Positions 13,626 to 26,964 of a DNA stretch of 64,000 nt are shown here, piece after piece; the first letter of the stretch is position 1; each line of letters begins with the position of its first letter. This DNA comes from Eledone cirrhosa (lineage: Eukaryota). The notes below the pieces were generated by a model that worked only from the letters and a program-made list of their open reading frames with translations, searched no databases and had not been told where the DNA came from. Made by a program: the position numbers and the translations under genes. Location of the stretch: the NCBI GenBank assembly GCA_964016885.1, contig OZ024754.1:30566001-30630000 (forward strand), given 5' to 3'.

Positions 13626-14521
13626 ATTCACTTGAAAAGTATTTGGAGAAGATCCTTGCTCAAGATGCCATGCTATGGGATTGAACCCCAGACCTTATGC
13701 TTGTAAAGTAAACCTCTTAACCATTCAACCATGCTACATCCACATAATCAATATCTTAATTACTCACTCGTCAATACATTATCTGTAAAACTAATCAAGA
13801 AAATGTAATCCCTAAGATCAATATACATAGGAATGATTTATCTACCAGAGAAATCTCCATGGGTTACAAAAACATTGAAATGGAATTTAATTTAGTAAAT
13901 ATCAATTTTTTTTAAACACTTCCTATCATTTTGTCACACACACAAATGCATACACCCATATGCACACACAAGCACAGGCATATATGCCATACACATGCAG
14001 ACTCACTCACACATATGCACATGCCACTCACACATGCATACATACACACACACACATGGAGAATCTAATGCACACAAACACACACTTATATATAGGTGTG
14101 TGTATATGTGTGTGTGTTTATGTGTGTGTGTGTGTGTATAGGTGCATGTGTGAATAAATATTTGTGTGTGTGTGTGTGTGTGTGTGTATATCCATGTGTG
14201 AATAAATATTTGTGTGTGTGTGTATCCATTTGTGAATAAATATGTGTGTGTGTATATCCATTTGTGAATAAATATGTGTGTGTGTGTGTATCCATTTGTG
14301 AATAAATATGTGTGTGTGTGTATATCCATTTGTGAATAAATATGTGTGTGTGTATGTGTGCATGTGTGAATAAATGTATGTGTGTATGAATAAATATTAG
14401 TGTGTATTTGTGTATATCATTTAATGATGGTGTTTTTTCATAAAATTTTAGAGTTTGTTGAAACCTGAGTTGAATTAATGGTGTACGTTTAAGTATAACA
14501 AATTGAAATGATTTTATTGGG

Positions 14522-14718
14522 GAGGGTGGTGGATTGGCAGATGCAGTAGAGCGTCAGACACCATGCTTTGTGGCATAGAGTTATGGCTCTTTACATTCTG
14601 AGTTCAAATCCTGCCGAGGTTAACTTTGTCTTTCATCCTTACGGGGTCAATAAAATAAAGTACCAGTAATACACTGGGATAATTGCTGGCCTTGTGCCAA
14701 AAGTAGAAACAATTATTA
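14522..14718 (+). mobile_element. SINE family A, full length, followed by a partial copy
   Basis: ggtggattggcag..gagttcaaatcc..gtagaaacaattatt. Confidence 0.85.
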
Positions 14719-15175
14719 GGGAGGGCAGTGGATTTTCAGAAATCAAACGCTGCTGAGGCTAACCTTGCCTTATACCCTTACGAGGTCGATAAAATACGAA
14801 AAGTTCATAGGCTGACCAAGATACTCTCATGGAATGACCAAATGAGGTTTATCTTTTATATCTTGTCCATAGAAAAACAGATGTATATATGATGATGATC
14901 ATGAAGGTGATGATGATGATTGATGAAGGTGATGATGATTAGACTGATGAGGGTGATAATATTGATGATGATGATGAAGATGATGATGGCGATGACGTTG
15001 CTGAAGGTGATGATGATGATAAGAGTCGCTTCAGATTTGGTACCCTAATTAATGTGTTTAAATTTACACCTAATGATTGGTACTTTTGTTTACGTAACAA
15101 AATATTTTGAGGAGTAAAAATTCTGTGATAAAAGAGACAAACGAAATAAAAGGAGAAACAAAATGAAAAAAATAC

Positions 15176-15274
15176 CGGCAAATTCATATTCTTCAAAGTC
15201 AGTCGATTAGCAGTACTGTTAAAATATGCAAACCTTTTCGGTAGTTCTGCATTTGACATAATCAATTTATTTGT
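15176..15274 (-). CDS. Candidate host exon (TNKLIMSNAELPKRFAYFNSTANRLTLKNMNLP), product unknown
   Basis: Acceptor ttcttcttctttggcattcAG, donor GTattt, 99 nt open in phase 0. Confidence 0.5.
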
Positions 15275-15297
15275 CTGAATGCCAAAGAAGAAGAAAC

Positions 15298-15357
<60 letters not shown>

Positions 15358-15425
15358 TAAAAATAATAATATAAAAAAAAATTAAAAAGAAAAAAGAAAG
15401 AAGGATAAGAAAAAGAAATTCTTAC

Positions 15426-15454
15426 TTTGCAGTTGAAGACTGATTCTCCAAATT
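15426..15454 (-). CDS. Candidate 29-nt micro-exon (xFGESVFNCK)
   Basis: Acceptor ttaattctttAG, donor GTAAG; ends in phase 0, in frame with the 15176-15274 exon. Confidence 0.5.
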
Positions 15455-15535
15455 CTAAAGAATTAACTGAGGAGAAAGTGGTGGTGGTGGTGGTGTAGGA
15501 GGAGAAGAAGCAGGTGAAGGAGAGGGAAAAGGAGA

Positions 15536-15585
<50 letters not shown>

Positions 15586-15614
15586 AGATGGAACCAAATG
15601 AAAAAATACATGAT

Positions 15615-15646
<32 letters not shown>

Positions 15647-15782
15647 CATGTATATATATGTATATATATATATATGTATATATATATGTATATATATGTA
15701 TATATATATGTGTGTATATATATATGTATATGTGTATATATATGTATATATATATATAAATATTTATATATATATAAATATT

Positions 15783-15815
<33 letters not shown>

Positions 15816-16464
15816 ATGTATATATTTACATATATTTATATATATGTATATATATGTATACATTTATATATATGTACATATGTATATATATGTATATGTG
15901 TATGTGTAAATATATATATATATATATATGTGTATATACAAAGCAATAGAAAGGCCTGTTGCTTTGCCTTTTTTAATGGTGCACTTAAATATGAAAGGAT
16001 TTTAAGGGATTTTCTCTTACAAATGCTTCTTTTCCCACAATAAACTAAATAAAAGGAAAAAAAATATATATATATGAAAATATGAAAAATAAAATATATA
16101 TGATTGAAGATATAAAATTTTTAACTGAATATATTTATGCCAAAAATATGTTTAAAAAACGAATAACAGCCCCACAACAAAACTAAGAAATAACTGGAAA
16201 TGAAATCCCATTTCATCACAATACACACATCTTTGAAATTCTATCTAACTAAGTATTTATTACACACTGATATATATATATATTTTTTTTCTAACAAAGT
16301 ACACATCCTTTTGTTCTTTCCTTCAAATATGTATATATTTAACTTAATTTAGTTATTGTATTGCCCTAGCCGCAGGTATATGGTCTGTAATGCGAAGAAA
16401 TACCTATGATGGCTAGTAGACCACTGATGACGGATAGTCCTGGCTTCTATTTCTAATTCTTCAT

Positions 16465-16526
<62 letters not shown>

Positions 16527-16530
<4 letters not shown>

Positions 16531-16651
16531 GGCTTCTACAGGGCGGGAACTGTTTCATTCAAATATGAAATCATCAGGCATTGCACACTTTACTTATGTA
16601 TTGAGTACTTTATTAACTGTGGTTACGCCCGATTTAACTCAGGATCTACAG
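16527..16651. mobile_element. HHR cassette family P4, diverged and centre deleted
   Basis: Minus-strand CTGATGA-tttcatatttgaat-GAAA-cag..ctg-TA (16534-16582) joined to a plus-strand tail homologous to 22760-22828. Confidence 0.65.
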
Positions 16652-16849
16652 ATATATATATATATAAAACATCCATCTCTAATTAAAAGCACAGCCAATG
16701 CTCTACTGTGCACTCTGAACAGGTGATTGCAGCTGCATAACTGCACTTCACTAGATTTGTTGAGTGAGCTAGACGCTGGCCAAAGGACACTGTATTTATA
16801 GCAGTGATCTTCGCTAATATTGATATATATATATATATATATATACATA

Positions 16850-17056
16850 TATAACGAAGGAAATGTGGTAAGGAACCAGATGGACCATAACACACCAAAG
16901 TACTCAATACTTAGGGTAGTAGAGTGGGTAATAGGAACGAGTAGGACCCCGACGGCTGAGCTCAAGCCGTTTTGATGGCTAATTCTGGACTAATGAGTCC
17001 AGAATTAGCCGTCGAAACGGCTTGAGCTCATCCGTCGGTGTCCTACTTGTTCCTAT
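16850..17056. mobile_element. Fold-back cassette family P5 with hammerhead 3' half
   Basis: Arms 16931-16991 and 16996-17056; GAAA-cgg(cttgagctcat)ccg-TC; related to 50181-50285. Confidence 0.65.
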
Positions 17057-17680
17057 ATATATATATAAATATATCATCATCGTCATCATCCATTCTTCCA
17101 CGCTAGCATGGGTTAGACGGGTTGTCCTGTTGTGAGCAGTGTCCGGTCGGCTGACCTTGTCTTGCTCATACGGGAACATATATATATAATTATTTAAATT
17201 CCATTAGTGTAATCAATTAAATTGATTGTTAAACAAGAATCAAAGACTGCTTACAGTAGTGTTTTCTCAGCATACAAATTATTCCAATTGGTAGATTCTG
17301 TGGTAGTTGTATTGGTTGCATGTGTGCAATTTACAGAATGTATATAGAAAATTACAAAAATATCATAAAAATACCATAATCCAGATGAGTGGGAATAACT
17401 TTTATTGTGTAACGCTTACACGTGTTTCATCATATGTGCTACATATAAGTTTTGGACCGCTAACTTTTGATTATTTCATTATTCTAATCAAATTAACTCA
17501 CATCCAACTCCTTAGATATGTAGTTACAATGAATTTTGATGTATGTATGTGTGTGTGTATGTTTTTTCTGGTTTTATTATTTTATATATTTTCACCAACA
17601 GGGAGAAAGCCACTTTCTAACATAGAAATAAGACTCTCGTTGTAATTTAGACAACATCAACTAGGTCAATACATATGTAT

Positions 17681-17722
<42 letters not shown>

Positions 17723-17872
17723 GTATGAATGTTATTGTAGGTGTGGATCTGCATGTTTTGAGTTATATGGGTACCCATGTATATGTTTCTGTATCTATAT
17801 ATATATGTATATGCAGTTATTACATGCAGAGTTTCTGAAATGTTTTACATATTTCTACAGTTCCATTAATGG

Positions 17873-17930
17873 ATTGTACTTGCAACCTCCTAACTTTGTA
17901 TGTGTATGTGTGTGTGTTTCTGTGTGTGTG

Positions 17931-17971
<41 letters not shown>

Positions 17972-18545
17972 AAAGTAAACAGAAATAAAAAAGCAAACAA
18001 CACAGTACACTGAAAAATATATTAGTTTAACACTTGAAATAACAGGAAAAGTATTAATGTTTTGGACACGAGTCCTTCATTGGAAGATAGAATTAGAAAT
18101 AAAAGATAAAATATAAAGATAAAGAGTGTGAAGGGGAAAGAATGAAAAATAATTGTTTCTACTTTAGGCACAAGGCCAGTAATTACCCAGTGCATTACTG
18201 GTACTTTATTTTATCGTACCAGTAATGCACTGGGTAATTACTGGCCTTGTGCCTAAAGTAGAAACAATTATTTTTCATTCTTTCCCCTTCACACTCTTTA
18301 TCTTTATATTTTATCTTTTATTTCTAATTCTATCTTCCAATGAAGGACTCGTGTCCAAAACATTAATACTTTTCCTGTTATTTCAAGTGTTAAACTAATA
18401 TATTTTTCAGTGTACTGTGTTGTTTGCTTTTTTATTTCTGTTTACTTTCTGCACACACACACACACACACACGCACACACACACACAGAAACACACACAC
18501 ATACACATACAAAGTTAGGAGGTTGCAAGTACAATGAAAAATAAT
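17873..18545. repeat. About 330-bp-arm palindrome centred on a truncated SINE A
   Basis: 17873-18204 is mirrored by 18216-18535 with an 11-nt spacer; aatgaaaaataat occurs at both 18141 and 18533. Confidence 0.9.
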
Positions 18546-18879
18546 GAGAGAAAAACACACCTGCATAATCAGTCACACATTTTAGATATACAGTATATAT
18601 ATATAGTTGTTAGGTGTGTAATGTTAGCTAAAGCTGGTGCACCAGTTTGAATACTCAATGTGATTACAAGACTCTAGTTATCATGGTGGGTTTTACATGC
18701 TGATATATGTATAAGGTGCAATCTTGATACTCTCTTTCATCTGTGTCTTTCGTTTGTATTTTCATTTTCAAAAAATATTTTTTTAAGGTTTCCCCTTCAA
18801 AAAATTGTTTTTCATTTTGCCTTGTTTTTGTTCATTGTCTTGTCTTTGCTTTGTTAATTTTCCTAAGTTTTAGATACAC

Positions 18880-19074
18880 CCACACACACACATATATATA
18901 TACATACACACACACACATATATATATATATATACATACACACATATATATATATACATACACGCACACACATATATATACACACACAGATGCACACACA
19001 TATATATATATATATATGTGTGTCTGTGTGTGTATATATATGTGTGTGCGTGTATGTATATATATGTGTGTATG

Positions 19075-19111
<37 letters not shown>

Positions 19112-19142
19112 ATGTATATATATATGTGTGTGTGTGTGTGTG

Positions 19143-19186
<44 letters not shown>

Positions 19187-19264
19187 TACACACCCACACA
19201 TTTATATATAAATGAATATATATATTTATATATATGTATATATATATGTATATATATATATATG

Positions 19265-19349
<85 letters not shown>

Positions 19350-19360
19350 ATGTGTGTATG

Positions 19361-19399
<39 letters not shown>

Positions 19400-19802
19400 A
19401 TATATATATGTGTGTGTGTGTATATATATATATGTGTGTGTGTGTATGTATATATATATAAATATATATATATAAATGAATATATATATTTATATATATG
19501 TATATATATATGTATATATATATATAAATGTATATATATATATGTATATATATGTATATAGATATATATATATATGTGTATATATATATATGTATATATA
19601 TATGTATATATATGCATATGTATATATATATATATATGTATATATATGTATATGTATGTATATATATGTATATGTATGTATATATATGTATATGTATATG
19701 TATGTATATATATGTATATATATATATATGTGTATATATATGTATATATATGTATATATGTGTATATACATATATATATATGAATATATATGTATATATA
19801 TA

Positions 19803-19835
<33 letters not shown>

Positions 19836-19904
19836 GTGTATATATATATGTATGTATAAATATATACACATCTACATATACATAAATATATGTGTATATA
19901 TATG

Positions 19905-19945
<41 letters not shown>
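18880..19945. repeat. Compound (TA)/(TG) microsatellite
   Basis: Seen directly. Confidence 0.95.
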
Positions 19946-19947
<2 letters not shown>

Positions 19948-20398
19948 CACATTTCTTTGAAATTTTCTTCTTCTTTCTATGTTATCCTGCCAAGGTTAAC
20001 TTTGCCTTTCATCCTTACGGGGTCGATAAAATAAAGTACCAGTAATGTACTGGGGTAATTGCTGGCCTCGTACCAAAAGTAGAAACAATTATTTTGAAGT
20101 TCCCCTGATTCTGTGAGTGCAGTGCGTCCTATATTCTAATGGGATAATTCTTTGTAAGAACTTGGATTGATGGGTAAATGGGTAGAGCAACAGACAACCA
20201 AAATTGAAAGATGAAGCTAGAACAGAACACTTCTGTGTGTGACTATGTGTATGTGTGTGTGTGTGTGTACGTATGAATATATACACACTCACACACATAC
20301 ACATAGAAGTGTTCTGTTCTATATATATGTGTATATATATATATATATATATGTTTATGTATATTTATGTATATGTAGATGTATATATATTTATACAT

Positions 20399-20448
<50 letters not shown>

Positions 20449-20454
<6 letters not shown>

Positions 20455-20825
20455 GTGAGGTTTTTTTTACAAAATGAAAAATAACCGAGGTGTCCTACAC
20501 GAGTGGAAGTATAAAGATAAAGGGATGAAATCGAAAATGCAACTGAAGTCTTATTTTTTAAAAAAATATATATATTTATTTGGTTCCTTTACCGGTTTCG
20601 CAGTTCTTCTGCTTTTCAAAAGGTGAGTTGAGATGGAGGGTCTGTGGTTTTTCTCACATCTGTGGTTTTTCTCACATGTGAGAAAAACCACAGACCCTCC
20701 ATCTCAACTCACCTTTTGAAAAGCAGAAGAACTGCGAAACCGGTAAAGGAACCAAATAAATATATATATTTTAAAAAAAAATAAGACTTCAGTTGCATTT
20801 TCGATTTCATCCCTTTTTCTTTATA
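20449..20825. mobile_element. Fold-back HHR cassette family P1, both arms intact
   Basis: Centre at 20676/20677 preceded by an 18-bp tandem duplication; left arm carries the tail; (TA)n flanks. Confidence 0.8.
20712..20749 (+). ncRNA. Minimal type-I hammerhead ribozyme, U3/A8 variant (mirror on minus strand at 20586-20623)
   Basis: cctt-TTGAAAA-gcag(aagaa)ctgc-GAAA-ccgg-TA-aagg; AATAAA about 5 nt downstream. Confidence 0.75.
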
Positions 20826-21068
20826 TATATATATATATATATTTATTAAAATAACAGATTAAATATATATAAACATATATACATATATATATATATGTAT
20901 ATATGTATATGTATATGTACGTGTGTGTGTATATATATATATATATGTATGTATAAATATATTAAAATAATGTTATTAAAATAACAGATTAAATATATAT
21001 AAACATATATACATATATATATATATGTATATATGTATACGTATATGTACGTGTGTGTATATATATAT

Positions 21069-21161
<93 letters not shown>

Positions 21162-22579
21162 TACATGTATGCATGTATATATGTGTATACACAGAGAACG
21201 TACACACATATATATAAACATTAATGAAAAATTTAAATTCTTTGCTTAGAACCCACAAAAGGACACCACAGTGAAAGAAATGTGTGTACATGCACACATA
21301 TATAGACACATATACTCACATATACATAAACACACATATACATAAACACACAAATACAGATATATACACATGCATACACACATCTGAGCATATACACATA
21401 TATACTCCCATAAACACATGTACACACATGCAAACACACACACACACATGCATGCACCAAGCTAGAATTACATTGTTTGAAAGAGGTGGTGATACACACA
21501 TATATGCACACACATACACCCACAAGTACACACCCACACACACATACTTATATATACACCAACTGCATCCAGGTACACACACACATGCACATACACACAA
21601 AGATAGAGTTGCAGTGCTTAAAAGAGATGACACACACACATACGCCCTCTCTTTTTCTCATATACACACACCCACAGGTACACATATACACATACATACC
21701 CCCTCTCTTTCTCTCATATACATACACCCACAAGTACACATGTACACATACATATCCACTCTCTCTCATATTCTCTCCCTCTGTGCATAAGTTGAAGCAT
21801 TTTTTTTTTTTTTTTGCACTAAACCTTCTTAAGACAGCTTTACCATATTGACAAGTGCTTTTCTTTAAAAAAATGATGTATTATTGATGGTGGAAGCAGA
21901 GTGGCAACATGGTGTAGGAACCCAGATGTTTAAAAATGTCTAGCTGTCAGCCAGGAATAACATTTGCATTAAACATTACTAATCTGTTACATTAAATCTT
22001 AATGTCCTGTACCACATAAAACAGCATCAACAAGACATTCTTGAAAAACAGCATTATGATAGCATCACAGTAAAAATGAAGGTCATTACTCTAATGTTGT
22101 AAAATTTTCATATGAGAATCTGTCCATAAATATGATACTGTAAACATGTGAATTAACAAAACACAAGAAACAACATTAACAAGACATTCTTAAAATGTAC
22201 AAAACTATGACTGCATCACATTAAAAATGAAAGTCTTTGCTTTAATGCTGCAAATTTTCACAATAATCCATCTACTGATAATATAAACGTTTGAATTAAC
22301 AATGGATAAAAAGTAATTAGTGCACTCTGTAAATTGGTCATATATATATATATATAAGCCAAAATCAGCCCTGTGTGAGCGCATCACCGTCCCCTGACCT
22401 GATCCCTCACCAAGGCACAGCCTGCCATACCCATGCAAGCATGGAAGATGGACGTTAAATGATGATGATGATGATGATTATATATATTTGTTTTGCAAGG
22501 TTTTTTACATGAAATCATGTGTTATATATTTCTGGCAATATTTATAACAACATGACTCTCTCCAAATATAAGAATATAT

Positions 22580-22639
<60 letters not shown>

Positions 22640-22642
<3 letters not shown>

Positions 22643-22826
22643 AGATTCTACAGGACTAGAACTGTTTCATTCATTAGAAATCATCAGGAATCAGATTCCT
22701 GATGATTTCTAATGAATGAAACAGTTCTAGTCCTGTAGAATCTCTTCTATATTAAAACTGTTATACTCTGCTATGTATTGAGTACCTTACTTACTGTGGT
22801 TACCTCCGATTCAACCCGGAATAACG

Positions 22827-22828
<2 letters not shown>
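22640..22828. mobile_element. Fold-back HHR cassette family P4
   Basis: Perfect 53-bp arms around a22693 plus about 80-bp tail; (TA)n flanks. Confidence 0.8.
22694..22742 (+). ncRNA. Type-I hammerhead ribozyme (identical mirror on minus strand at 22644-22692)
   Basis: gattc-CTGATGA-tttc(taat)gaat-GAAA-cag(ttctagtc)ctg-TA-gaatc. Confidence 0.8.
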
Positions 22829-22859
<31 letters not shown>

Positions 22860-22906
22860 ATATATTCTTATATTTGGAGAGAGTCATGTTGTTATAATAT
22901 TGCCAG

Positions 22907-23008
<102 letters not shown>

Positions 23009-24055
23009 TATAGTTAAAGCAGGGCTATAGGGGAAATATTTATTATTACTGCATTGCTCTCATTACTCACTCAATGAGACAGGATTTAAATATATTAAGT
23101 CGTGCAAATCTGTACACAGATAACTTACCAAGGGTTATTTGAAATGAGCACAGTTGTACATTTTCCTGGATCATGGTTTCCACAATGCAGACTGATCAGT
23201 TGAGTGCATTTGCAGCTCGTTTTTCACAGTGGCTGCACCACAGTGCAATATATACTTGCCATTAACTTCATTGCTTTATCAACAGGCACTCAGCAGGTGG
23301 TACAGAGGGCGAAATAGCCAAATGTCTACTTATCATGATTAACTACTGCTGTATTTTAGTGAATGAAGCGAGTTGCTACACATGATATCACATGGGTATG
23401 AAATATCATGCAGCATGTGGGATATTCAGAATAAATTATATAAAGAATTTGTGTTTCTTGATAGATCTCAACTAATTTTAAAATAAATAAACAGAATTGC
23501 AAAGAAATACAAGCGTGTTAAAACAGATGTAAAACTGATGATGGTTATATATATATGTATATATATGTATATATATGTATATATATGTATATATATATAT
23601 ATATGTATATATATGTATATATATGTATATATATGTATATATATGTATATATATGTATATATATGTATATATATGCAGCAGCAACTACAATAACAACTAC
23701 AGCAACAACAACTGCCACCACCATCACTGACCATCCACCACCACCACCATCACCATACTGACACCATCCACCACCACCATTACCAGCGTAAAGCAAACAA
23801 TTATTATTATTATATAAAAACTGAACTGGACTGGGAAAAGTCAACAGTTGACATGATTTTGATTTTGTATCAGTACTGCCGGTAATATATATATATATAT
23901 ATATATGTGTGTGTTTGTGAGTGGTGTGTGTGTTTGTATGCATGAATGAGTGTTGGTATGTGAGTGGCGTGTGTGTGTTTGTGGTTTGTATGCATGAGTG
24001 TTGGTGTGTGAGTGTGTGTGTGTATCGTGTCAATAACTTTTTTTTTTTTTTTTTA

Positions 24056-25582
24056 ATGACCATGCTGTAAAATGGAGGGGTAGAGAGGGCCTTGAGTCTA
24101 GTAAGACATCCTCTCCAGTGCTGGTGGCACAAATAAAAGCACCCAGTCTATGCTGTAAAGTGGCGCTGGTGTTAGGAAGGGCATCCAACCAGTGTATCAA
24201 TGCCAAAACGCTTATCAGCACAGCAACAAATAGGAACAACAACAAAATATGAAGACGTCGCATCTCAGAGTTGCAACACTTAATGTTGGCACTCTCAGAG
24301 GTAGATCTGCTGAAATAGCGGAGATGCTGGAGAGAAGGCATGTGGATGTGTGCTGCGTGCAAGAGGTGAGATGGAGAGGTGCCTCTGCGAGACTAGTCGT
24401 AGGCAAACGTCTTAGCTATAAGCTATTCTGGGTAGGTAAGGATGATGGGTTAGGGGGAGTAGGCATTTTCCTGGCTGAGAAATGGATCAATAAGACAATA
24501 GAGGTAGTTCGAGTTAGTAATCGAATAATTAAGCTTAGATTAGTTGTAGGCAGGAGACTATTGACAATCATCTCGGCCTATGCTCCCCAAGCAGGCCTAG
24601 GCAAAGATGAGAAAGACTGCTTTTACGAGCAACTTTTACAAACAACCGCAATGACAGAGGACGGAGACATCGTTATGCTAGCAGGAGACTTCAATGGTCA
24701 TGTTCGACAGCTCCAGGATGGTTACACTGGGGTACAAAGAGGACAAAACCCTGATTCCATCAGGGAAATGGCCATGTTCGATATGCAGAAAAGGAACTGG
24801 CATAAATTCTATAAAATGCACACAATGCAGATCCTGGGTACACAAGAGATGTAGTGGGATAGCAGGCAAACTAACAGGTAGGGAGAAATAGGTATGCAGT
24901 AGATGTACAGGGAAATTAGACAGTAGAAGTCGCATTGATAGACACATTTTTCAGATGCAGAAGGGCGCTATAGAAGTGGTGGATAGTTTCCGGTACCTAG
25001 GAGATCAGATTAGCATGGGAGGAGGGTGTTCTGAGGCCATAGTATCTAGAATAAGGACAGGTTGGAAGAAGTTTAGAGAGCTGCTTCCTCTGTTGACGAA
25101 GAAGGGTTTCTCCCTGCGTACGAAAGGCCAGTTGTATGAAGCCTGTGTGAAGAGCGCAATGCTGCATGGTAGTGAGACATGGGCAGCAACTGCAGAGGAT
25201 ATGCGACGGCTGGAGAGAAATGAGTCAAGCATGCTCCGTTGGATGTGCAGTGTAAATGTACGTGAATGACCCAGCATAAATGTGTTGAGAGAGAAACTGT
25301 GTCTGAGAGGGATAGAATGTAGTGTACGGGAGAGGAGACTGAGGTGGTATGGACATGTGATGTGCATGGAGGATGACCAATGGGTGAAGAAGTGCCAGGA
25401 AATGCCAGTTGAAGGAAGGCGTGGTAGAGGTAGACCATGAAAAACATGGGCGGAGGTGGTGAGAACAGACCTCAGATCATTGAAGCTCACGGTGGAGATG
25501 ACGAAGGACCGTGACGAGTGGAGAGATGCTGTGCTGAATAAGTCCCATCTCACCCTTGCAAGCAGGGAAAAGCGGACGTAAA

Positions 25583-25623
<41 letters not shown>
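24056..25623 (+). mobile_element. Internally deleted RTE LINE family B (5' UTR, APE N-terminus, PHD, C-terminus)
   Basis: VATLNVGTL..VQEVRW..SAYAPQ..GDFNGHV fused at about 24737 to WPCSICRKG..CRSWVHKRC; RT core absent; in-frame stops; (GAT)n tail. Confidence 0.9.
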
Positions 25624-25677
<54 letters not shown>

Positions 25678-25679
<2 letters not shown>

Positions 25680-26772
25680 TCATCATCATCATCATTATCG
25701 TTTAACGTCCATCTTCCACGCTAGCATGGGTTAGATGGTTTTGTTCCATTTGATGCGGGAATGGTCGGGAGACCGTGTCACACTCGCACAGAAGTGTCTC
25801 TGGCAGGTTTTCTACGGTTGGATGACACCAACCACATTTACAGTGTTGACTGGGAGCCTTTTTACCGTGTCTCCTACACGACCACTTTACAGGATGGACT
25901 GTTGTGTCATTGACACAGTAGACGGAATGTGAAAATGAGGATGGGGTAGGGTGTAGGGGTGGGGTGTACATTGTGTTAAGAAGTGCCTACTAACTGTAGG
26001 TTTGTATGCAATGGCAGTCGGGTCTTCTGTACAACTGCATGGTGCCAAAGATCTCGATCCATTGTCATTGTCTTAGAAAAGTGTAAGTGAGCAAGGTCAG
26101 TTTTTATCACCTCGTGCCAGGTTTTTCTAGGTCTACCCACTCCGTAGCTTCGACAATTTTCATTGCCCTGCACTTTTTTAAACAGCTGTTGTCCTTCATA
26201 CGCATCACATGTCCATACAATCTCCTCTCCAGAACACAACATTTGATAACATTCATTTATGCTTCGCCTTCGCACACATTACTATTTTACATCCATCAGA
26301 GCATGCAAGCTTCATTTCTTTCTAATCTACGCAGGTCTGCCTTTCATTTTTAGAGAAATTAGGAATAAGAGGGATCAGATGCTGTTTACTCGAGAGAAGA
26401 CTACGTTGGTACGGACACGTGATGCACATGAAAGACGACAGCTGTATAAAAAAGTGCAGGGCGATAAAAATAGACAGTAGCCACGGAGTAGGCAGACCCA
26501 GATGAACACCAACTTTTACGCTAAACTTTTCACTATATTCGTTGTTAATTCTAACCTTGCTGACTGTATCTTGATACATGGCTTGTATAGCTCTCACAAG
26601 CCATTCATCTACTCCTAGTTTTCTAAGAGCCCACCAGATAATGGAACGGGGGACTCTGTCAAAGGCTTTCTCCAAGTCAACAAAAGTTAAGTATAGGGGT
26701 TTACTTTTAGCTAGGTACTTCTCCTGTAGTTGTCGTACAATGAAAAGAGCGTCTGTGGTACTTTTACCTGAC
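25678..26772. mobile_element. Rearranged RTE family A fragments (minus, plus, minus)
   Basis: Minus 3' end at 25678-26340; plus piece at about 26345-26500; minus RT piece [11 protein letters not shown] at 26500-26772. Confidence 0.85.
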
Positions 26773-26887
26773 TTTTACCTACTTTTACCTACTTTTACAT
26801 ATATATATATTTACCTGACTTTTATATATTTACATATATATATATTTACCTGACTTTTACCTACTTTTACATATATATATATACTTT

Positions 26888-26964
<77 letters not shown>

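Noticed and set aside
16420-16445. ctgatga-cggatagtcc partial hammerhead (similar weak case at about 16760-16785)
   Set aside because: GAAA and stem III absent; too degenerate to call
23129-23360. Possible minus-strand exon ending at GTAAGT
   Set aside because: No clear acceptor or recognisable peptide
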